12,274 bases of DNA from an uncultured Deferribacteres bacterium (GTDB lineage: Bacteria > Zhuqueibacterota > Zhuqueibacteria > Zhuqueibacterales > Geothermadaptataceae). Shown here one piece after another: positions 6,094 to 12,274 of this stretch (its first letter is position 1; the number at the start of each line of letters is the position of its first letter). Both the position numbers and the translations under genes were made by a program. Location of the stretch: assembly GCA_964014485.1 (NCBI GenBank), contig CAXHAT010000215.1:1-12274 (forward strand), written 5' to 3'. The notes beneath the pieces were generated by a model. That model ran no database searches and was not told the DNA's origin. It saw only the letters and a list, made by a program, of their open reading frames with translations.

Positions 6094-8469
6094 ATGATCA
6101 GAAGTTATTTCAGAATGGCGTGGCGCAATCTGTTGCGCAACAAAACGTCCTCGCTTATCAATATCGTCGGTCTGTCAATCGCCGTCGGTTGCAGCGTCGT
6201 CGTGTTTATTTTTGTCGATTCCGAGTACAGCCACGATGAATTTCACGAGAACGCTGAACGCATTTTTCTGGTCAAACACGTCGTCGACCGGGAGGGCAAG
6301 CAGGAGACCTGGGGAACGACCCCGATTCCGCTGGCGCAGGCGATGCAAAACGACTTGCCGCAAATAGAACGCGCTGTTCGCGTCGCAGACCGCTCCGGAA
6401 TCATGCGCTACGGCGACAAAGTGTTCAATGAGAGCATTCGTTTCGCCGATCCCGCCTTTCTCGACATGTTCACATTTCCGCTTGAACAGGGTGAAAAACC
6501 GGCGCCGCAGGAACAAAACGCCGTTGTGCTTTACGGTGACGTCGCCGCGAAATATTTTGGCGATGAAAACCCGATCGGCAGACAAATCAGCGTCACTTTC
6601 AACGATACGACGCTGCTGACTTTTACGGTCAAAGGCGTTGCGGAAAAATTTCACCGCGGCGCAAGCTTCGGTTTTGGCGTTCTGGCAAATTTTGCCAAAC
6701 TCGAAGACCTGGGCGTGGATTTTCACGATTGGAAAACCTGGACGTTCGCCACATTTGTCGAAATCGACCGACCGCAAAGTCTGCCGCATATTCAAGCGCA
6801 AACAGCGAAATATCTGGCGTTGCAAAATGAGGCAAACGAAGACTGGAAGATCAGCCGTTTTGAACTCGATAACCTGCTCAATTTGGCGCTCAACTCCAAC
6901 GAAGTGCGCAACGATATTGCACGCAGCGGCAGCAGTTTCATCGCCGTCATTTCAATGTCTTTCATTGCTCTCGGATTGTTGCTGATCGCATGTTTCAACT
7001 ACATGAACATTGCCGTCGCTTCGGCTTCCCGTCGGTTGAAGGAAATCGGCATTCGCAAAACGATTGGCGGGCAAAGAAGGCAATTGATAAGACAATTTTT
7101 AGGCGAGAACATATTGCTGTGCGCGATCGCTCTGCTCATAGGGGCGGCCCTGGCGCATTCTTTTTTCCTGCCTGCGTTTATCAGTCTTTTCGGATCGGTG
7201 GACTATGATGCGATTAATAAGCTTTTCCTTATGCCGAGCACTTGGGGTTACTTGATCGCGCTCTTGCTGGCGACCGCTTTGATTTCAGGCGCTTACCCCG
7301 CCTTCTATATTTCAAAATTTAACCCAATTCATATTTTTCGCGGCAAAGAAAAATTCGGCGGACGCACGCTGTTAACGCGGACTCTGCTCTCATTCCAGCT
7401 TATCGGCTCGTTTGTGTTGATTACGATGGCGGTGGTTTTTACCCAAAACGCTGATTTCTTGCGCAACCGCGATTGGGGGTACAATCAGGCCCAGGTCATC
7501 GTGACGCCCGTGGAGAACGAGAGCCAGTTTCGGGCGCTGAGAACCGAAATGCTGCAAAATCCTGATGTTCTTCAGGTCGCGGGATCACGCCACCAGATTG
7601 GCGCGGGCAGAGGCGTCGCGGTGGTGAACTTTGAAGGAAAAAAATATAACATCAACCGTTTCGACGTCGGGCACGGCTTCATCGAAACGATGGATTTGCG
7701 ATTGAAGCAAGGCCGCACATTTGACGAAAAACTGCAAACGGATTTAACCGGGGCTGTGCTGGTCAATGAACAGTTCGTTGAGTTTATGAATTGGGAGCAG
7801 GCACTGGACAAACACATAGTTATCGACGGCGCCTCGTACAATATCGCCGGAGTTATTGAAGATTTCCATTATCGGAGCTTTTGGGAAGAAATTGACCCAG
7901 CCATTTTCCGGCTGGCTTCGGAAGATCAATTCGAACATTTGTTGCTCAAGGCCAGGGCGGGCGCAGTGATCCAAACGGCGGACGCCCTGCAGACAACGTG
8001 GAAGCGGTTGTTCCCTGACCGACCGTACACCGGCGGATTTCAGGATGAAGTTTTTGCGCAGTTCTACAACGAAGGCGAGAGCTTAGTCAAATTGTTCAGC
8101 TTTGTCGGCGTAGTTGCGTTGTTCCTCTCTTGCATGGGCTTGTTTGGCCTGGTTTCACTGAACGTGGCGAAGCGGATGAAAGAATTCAGCATTCGCAAAG
8201 TGCTTGGCGCCAGCGTCGCGAATGTCGCAAAGCTAATCAACCGCGAGTTTTTGCTCTTGCTTGTTTTGGTATCGCTGCTGGCCGCGCCTGTCAGCTATTT
8301 CTTGGTCAGCGCGCTGATTGACGCCGTCTACGCCTACCACGTTCCAGTGACGGCCACGCCCATGATTATCTCCGTGATCGCTATTTTCGTGACTGCGCTG
8401 ATGACGGTTTCTTCGCAAGTCTATCGCGTCGCCGTCGCTGATCCGGTGGAAACGTTGCGAAATGAATGA
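6094..8469 (+). CDS. ABC transporter permease, duplicated MacB-PCD/FtsX family, 791 aa
   Basis: N-terminal AWRNLLRNKTSSLINIVGLSIAVG. LLIACFNYMN...RRLKEIGIRKTIGG and the second-half KRMKEFSIRKVLGAS motifs. Two periplasmic domains each followed by TM bundles. C-terminal DPVETLRNE. GAGG/AGGTG RBS. Confidence 0.95.
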   Translation: MIRSYFRMAWRNLLRNKTSSLINIVGLSIAVGCSVVVFIFVDSEYSHDEFHENAERIFLVKHVVDREGKQETWGTTPIPLAQAMQNDLPQIERAVRVADRSGIMRYGDKVFNESIRFADPAFLDMFTFPLEQGEKPAPQEQNAVVLYGDVAAKYFGDENPIGRQISVTFNDTTLLTFTVKGVAEKFHRGASFGFGVLANFAKLEDLGVDFHDWKTWTFATFVEIDRPQSLPHIQAQTAKYLALQNEANEDWKISRFELDNLLNLALNSNEVRNDIARSGSSFIAVISMSFIALGLLLIACFNYMNIAVASASRRLKEIGIRKTIGGQRRQLIRQFLGENILLCAIALLIGAALAHSFFLPAFISLFGSVDYDAINKLFLMPSTWGYLIALLLATALISGAYPAFYISKFNPIHIFRGKEKFGGRTLLTRTLLSFQLIGSFVLITMAVVFTQNADFLRNRDWGYNQAQVIVTPVENESQFRALRTEMLQNPDVLQVAGSRHQIGAGRGVAVVNFEGKKYNINRFDVGHGFIETMDLRLKQGRTFDEKLQTDLTGAVLVNEQFVEFMNWEQALDKHIVIDGASYNIAGVIEDFHYRSFWEEIDPAIFRLASEDQFEHLLLKARAGAVIQTADALQTTWKRLFPDRPYTGGFQDEVFAQFYNEGESLVKLFSFVGVVALFLSCMGLFGLVSLNVAKRMKEFSIRKVLGASVANVAKLINREFLLLLVLVSLLAAPVSYFLVSALIDAVYAYHVPVTATPMIISVIAIFVTALMTVSSQVYRVAVADPVETLRNE

Positions 8470-8501
8470 CGGCGATGCGAAAGTGTAAAATCAAACTGGT
8501 T

Positions 8502-11033
8502 TCATTCGTCTTCAACGCGAATGCCGACAATCCCGTGCGGCGGCTTTTGGGCCAACTCAATATTTGCAACGAAGATCGCGCCGCTGTGACCGGACTTGAG
8601 GTTTAGTTGGCAACTGTACGGGCCGGTTTTGACCACGCCCACGACTTTGAAATCGCCGAGTTCTTTGTGCGTCTGGCCAAGCACGCTCAAGTGATCCGCC
8701 ATCGAAAATTGTTTGGCGAATTCAGCGTCCATGGAATTCTCGATGAATTTTTTAAGATCAGCTTCCTTGCCGGAATGAATCGCGGTCAAAAATTCCGATG
8801 CGCGGCGGCCGGTCGGCGAGCCGGGTAATCCCCATTTGTCGCTTGAGCCCGCCGGAGCGGATTCAGTTTTGACGACCGTGTTTGAATTCGGCGGATTGTC
8901 GAAATTGATCCCCAAACCGGAAATTTTATGCGGCGCTTCTTTCTCGAACTGCAAATCAAATTTAAGCCATTCGCCGCTCTTGTCGTTTTTCGCATAAATT
9001 TCCATTGCTTCCGGCCCGGCCTGGAACGCGCGGAGAATCTCGCCGTCTTTCATAAACTTCCGATCCGGGGCTACAGCCTCCAAAATTCCGTCCACCTCGG
9101 CTTTTTCCAGAATGTCGTCAGCAAAATTTTCTTTGATGATGGTGCGTAATTTGTCGTCGGACGCCGTCAGGTTTTTCAGAAACGCCGCCGCTCTTTTGCC
9201 CTGCTGAGAATTCTCCCAATTCGCGCTGATTTCCTTTTTCTCAGCGGGCAGTTCCCCACTGAAAACGAGGCGCGCAATTTGGCGGCTCAATCGCGTCGCC
9301 GGTCTCTCGCCGTTGTTGGAAGAGATCATGATGACAATGTCGTCGTCGATGAAGCGCAGGAAATCGTTGGCGAAATACGGGTTGCCGCCGTTGTGCGTAA
9401 TCAGTTGTCCGCCGCGCTGCGTTTTCACCAGAGACCAACCATAGCCATAAAAAGATCCCCCGCCCGGCCCTTCTGGATTGTGCGGCGCATACATTTGCTT
9501 TTTCGATTCCGCCGAAAGAATTTCGTCGCCGAGCAAAGCAAGGTGCCAGCGGAACATGTCGTAAACATTGGAAAGCGTGCCGCCGTTGCCGTGCAAATGC
9601 CAGTACGGGCCGTGCTCGCGCCACGGTTTTTCGTTCGGCTTGCCCCAATTTTTGTCGCTGCGATAGCCGACGGCCACGTCTTTGTGATATTTTTTAGGAA
9701 TGCGGTAGCCCGTACGTTCCATGCCCGCTGGTTTGAAGAGCGTTTCCCGGGTATAAATGTCGTACGGTTGGCCGGATACTTTTTCAATAATCGCCGCGAG
9801 CAGCGCAAAACCGACGTTGGAGTATTCATAACCCTTGCCCGGCTCAAATTTCAGATCAGCTTCAAACGCCATTTTTGTAAATTCGTCGAGTTCAACTTCG
9901 GCATAATCGTAACCCAGCCCGCCGGGGAAGCCTGCACCGTGGGTCAGCAAATGGTGCAAAGTAATCCCCGCCTTGTCCGCCGGGACGTTTTCAAAATACT
10001 TGGTGAGCTTGTCTTGCGGAGAGAGTTTGCCCTGCTCGTGTAATTTCATAATGGCGGCGGCGGTAAATTGCTTCGTCAAGGAACCGACGTCGTAAATTGT
10101 CTCCGGCGAAGTTTTGACGTTGTTCTCGCGGTCGGCAAAACCGTAGCCCTTCGCCAAAATAACCTCGCCGTCTTTCGCAACCAACAGCGCACCGGAGAAA
10201 TTGTCATTTTCCTGCAGCGCCATGAATTGATCCAGTTTTTGCGCCAATTCACCCTTGACCACGGTTTTTTCCACGACTGTTTTGGGAGCGCCCCGCCCCA
10301 TCGTTTCACTGATCCAGCCATGATAGGTTGAAACGCGTGCGTAAGCTTCAAGATCGCCGTAAGTGCCGTTGATTTTGTCGCCGCTGGCGTCATCGCCCCA
10401 GCAGCTTACGCCCAGCGTGTAAAGCTTGCCGTCCTGCTCAAAAAGCGCCGGTCCGCCGCTGTCTCCCGGCCCGCTGATCCCTTCAAACTCGGTGGCGTTT
10501 TCCGGTTTGTTGAAGGTAAAATAAATCCATTGATCGTCAGCGCGCTCCACGGTGTTCGTGGCGCCGCGCACTTTGCGATCCATGCTCTTAGCGCCTGTCA
10601 ATCCCGTGCCGGTGTCGCCGCGCCCAACGAAGACGATCTGTTTTCCGGTTTCATCGGTTTTCGAGTAAAGCTCCACCGGTTTGATGTTTTTTACCGGCTC
10701 GGCTAATTTTAACAGCGCAACATCCGCTTGCTGCTTTTCCCAATCCGGATGCAAAATGACGCGCTCAACCGCGTGGTCGATTTCGCCAAAACGGACTTTG
10801 CGCGCGTCCAGCGGCATGCCCTTCGCCACGTGCGCCGCAGTTAAAACCCATCTTGGCGCGATCAAAGTCCCCTCGCCGTCTTTGCCGACAAAGCAGACCG
10901 ACGGGTATTTTTTACCGAGCGCCAAATAATCGGCGTCACTGCGGTCATGCCGGATGATAATCGGCGACGATAGAGCCGTTCCTGTTAAAAACAAGCACAA
11001 CAATCCGGTCACGAATAGAGTTCGAGTTCTCAT
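8502..11033 (-). CDS. Secreted fusion protein: S1 (trypsin/chymotrypsin-fold) serine protease + beta-lactamase-related S12 serine hydrolase + two C-terminal repeats, about 843 aa
   Basis: Start reassigned to the ATG at 11033 (GGAG RBS; signal peptide MRTRTLFVTGLLCLFLTGTALS). S1 triad: WVLTAAH, ADVALLKL, GDSGGP. S12 motifs: GSLTK (SxxK), YSN (YxN), LLTH-x-AG, HNGG. Two related C-terminal units of about 105-110 aa, ending PHKISGLGI and PHGIVGIRV. Confidence 0.88.
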   Translation of the reverse strand: MRTRTLFVTGLLCLFLTGTALSSPIIIRHDRSDADYLALGKKYPSVCFVGKDGEGTLIAPRWVLTAAHVAKGMPLDARKVRFGEIDHAVERVILHPDWEKQQADVALLKLAEPVKNIKPVELYSKTDETGKQIVFVGRGDTGTGLTGAKSMDRKVRGATNTVERADDQWIYFTFNKPENATEFEGISGPGDSGGPALFEQDGKLYTLGVSCWGDDASGDKINGTYGDLEAYARVSTYHGWISETMGRGAPKTVVEKTVVKGELAQKLDQFMALQENDNFSGALLVAKDGEVILAKGYGFADRENNVKTSPETIYDVGSLTKQFTAAAIMKLHEQGKLSPQDKLTKYFENVPADKAGITLHHLLTHGAGFPGGLGYDYAEVELDEFTKMAFEADLKFEPGKGYEYSNVGFALLAAIIEKVSGQPYDIYTRETLFKPAGMERTGYRIPKKYHKDVAVGYRSDKNWGKPNEKPWREHGPYWHLHGNGGTLSNVYDMFRWHLALLGDEILSAESKKQMYAPHNPEGPGGGSFYGYGWSLVKTQRGGQLITHNGGNPYFANDFLRFIDDDIVIMISSNNGERPATRLSRQIARLVFSGELPAEKKEISANWENSQQGKRAAAFLKNLTASDDKLRTIIKENFADDILEKAEVDGILEAVAPDRKFMKDGEILRAFQAGPEAMEIYAKNDKSGEWLKFDLQFEKEAPHKISGLGINFDNPPNSNTVVKTESAPAGSSDKWGLPGSPTGRRASEFLTAIHSGKEADLKKFIENSMDAEFAKQFSMADHLSVLGQTHKELGDFKVVGVVKTGPYSCQLNLKSGHSGAIFVANIELAQKPPHGIVGIRVEDE

Positions 11034-11416
11034 TTTTTGATTCTCCGAAATGGTAAAGATTGAGTTTTCAACGCTGAGTATGCGTCGAGTTATGCAGTTA
11101 CTGTCAGGAATAGTCATATCGGCCCGCATCAGTGGCGTGCAAATGGCTTGTAACAGGCGGGCAGGTGTTAGCAACGAACGGTTAAATGTTGCGGCGCGGC
11201 GCGATGTAGGCACGTCCACTGCATGTGATTGTTATATAGCGTGAACTAAGATTTGATGTTGTAACCAGAATTCAAATTGATAGTCGTAAAAATCCGGCGG
11301 CTATCAAATCATAGTGAAGTTGATAGTCTGCCTGGATTCTTCAGAGCCATATGAATAACTGATGTTACGCACTCTTGAAAATTTTTCAAGCAGCGCCAAA
11401 TGAACGTCGCTTTTAC

Positions 11417-11641
11417 GTCATTCCCGCGCAGGCGGGAATCCAGTCAATCGCGCACAGCCCCCTGGATTCCCGCCTGCCAGGCTGTTGCAGAATGGAAAAT
11501 TTCTCAATCGCGGCCTTAATTTGTGAAGCGAATGAGCTATATAGCTGCACGTTGGAAGCTCGCTGTAGCTTTGTCGCGAATTTTATTAGGCGTGATCTTA
11601 CGGAAAATCTATTCTGCAACAGCCTGCTGCGCGGGAATGAC
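11417..11641. repeat. REP doublet of the GTCATTCCCGCGCAGGCGGGAATCCAG type, right arm interrupted
   Basis: Left arm 11417-11443. Removing 11478-11630 restores CTGGATTCCCGCCTGCGCGGGAATGAC, the exact 27-bp reverse complement, separated by an 18-bp spacer. Confidence 0.88.
11478..11626. mobile_element. MITE family B (149 bp) inserted in a REP arm
   Basis: Perfect 16-bp TIR CAGGCTGTTGCAGAAT (11478-11493) / ATTCTGCAACAGCCTG (11611-11626). 4-bp TSD CTGC (11474-11477 and 11627-11630). Confidence 0.9.
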
Positions 11642-11711
11642 TTTAACAGGAGTTTCTTTGGTTTCATAGCTGGTGCGTAACATCAGTGAATAAAAGGATG
11701 TATCCGCTCCA

Positions 11712-12107
11712 CTACTTGAATGTTTGCGTCTTTAGGAGTTTGCCCGTTTCGTCGTACACCTTCCATGCGCCCTTCTTCTTGCCATGTTCAAAGCGGCCTT
11801 CGTCCCAGAGTTGTCCATTGGTATGGTATCGCTTCCATTCACCATGCTTTTTCTCTTCATCGTCGAATCCGCCCGTTCCTCTGGGTTCGCCGCTTTTGTA
11901 GAACCATTTCCACTGACCAACAATCTTTCCATCTTTGAAGCTGCCAGATGATTGCAACTGGCCATTGTTGAGAAAATATTTCCACGTTCCGGACTTTTTT
12001 CCGTTGTCAAATTCACCCTCACAAGAGACAAGGCCGTTTTTGAAAAACGGCTTAAAGGGGCCATTCTTGGGATTACCATCTTCATCGATCCCTGGGATAT
12101 CTTTCAT
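11712..12107 (-). CDS. MORN-variant repeat protein (YwqK antitoxin-like), 131 aa
   Basis: About 5 tandem units of 23-24 aa, G-x-W-K-x-[FY]-x-x-[NS]-G-x-L-x-x-x-G-x-F-x-x-G. GGAG RBS about 9 bp upstream. No signal peptide. Confidence 0.85.
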   Translation of the reverse strand: MKDIPGIDEDGNPKNGPFKPFFKNGLVSCEGEFDNGKKSGTWKYFLNNGQLQSSGSFKDGKIVGQWKWFYKSGEPRGTGGFDDEEKKHGEWKRYHTNGQLWDEGRFEHGKKKGAWKVYDETGKLLKTQTFK

Positions 12108-12147
12108 TGGGTCACGCTCCTGTTTGAATTATCTGTCGAATGAATAA

Positions 12148-12274
12148 CTGATGTTACGCGCCAGCTTTATAATCCAGCAACCTTTTATCAAAGTCATTCG
12201 GCGGCGGCGCCCTACCGCCAACCTAATTTCGAGACGCCCAAAATTCTCGTTCCCAATCTCGGGATTGGGAACGC
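12148..12274. mobile_element. MITE family A, copy 3 (truncated by window end), same internal subfamily as copy 1
   Basis: Left TIR CTGATGTTACGCG at 12148, preceded by TGAATAA (12141-12147). 12194-12272 aligns without gaps to 4332-4410 at 64/79 identities by hand count and includes the REP hairpin GTTCCCAATC-tcgg-GATTGGGAAC. Confidence 0.85.

Larger units (their letters stand above)
11359..11686. mobile_element. MITE family A, copy 2 (328 bp) with nested elements
   Basis: Perfect 13-bp TIR CTGATGTTACGCA (11359-11371) / TGCGTAACATCAG (11674-11686). Exact 7-bp TSD TGAATAA (11352-11358 and 11687-11693). Confidence 0.9.

Noticed and set aside
11034..11219. 62-codon N-terminal extension of the hydrolase ORF
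   Set aside because: The signal peptide and GGAG RBS point to the ATG at 11033, and the extension looks non-coding.
11375..11680. ORFs 11375-11680 (+) and 11413-11667 (-) as a transposase or small protein
   Set aside because: They lie entirely within the nested MITE/REP structure. VIPAQAGIQ and WIPACAGMT are translated REP sequence, and there are no DDE or HUH motifs.
4274..12274. CRISPR array or integron attC interpretation of the repeats
   Set aside because: There are no regularly spaced direct repeats with spacers and no cas or integrase gene. The ends are inverted and bounded by exact TSDs, and GCGTAAC does not fit the RYYYAAC core.

Overview
Bacterial DNA of moderately high GC. The left 3.8 kb is a minus-strand, largely translationally coupled cobalamin methyltransferase operon. 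In order it encodes a RACE/RamA-like ASKHA corrinoid activator with an N-terminal 2Fe-2S domain, a stand-alone methionine-synthase activation-domain protein, an MtaC-like corrinoid protein and MtaB (methanol:corrinoid methyltransferase). mtaB runs off the window edge and is missing from the ORF track. Transcribed divergently are an opine (octopine/nopaline) dehydrogenase-family gene and a duplicated MacB/FtsX-type ABC permease. Further right, on the minus strand, lie a secreted protein fusing an S1 (chymotrypsin-fold) protease to an S12 (beta-lactamase-like) serine hydrolase, and a small MORN-variant repeat gene. The intergenic DNA carries a layered set of non-autonomous mobile elements. A MITE family (TIR CTGATGTTACGC, 7-bp target duplications) has two complete copies, one edge-truncated copy and one probable remnant. 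The copies carry different REP-like palindrome doublets, and in one of them the REP arm is interrupted by a second MITE (16-bp TIR, 4-bp TSD).
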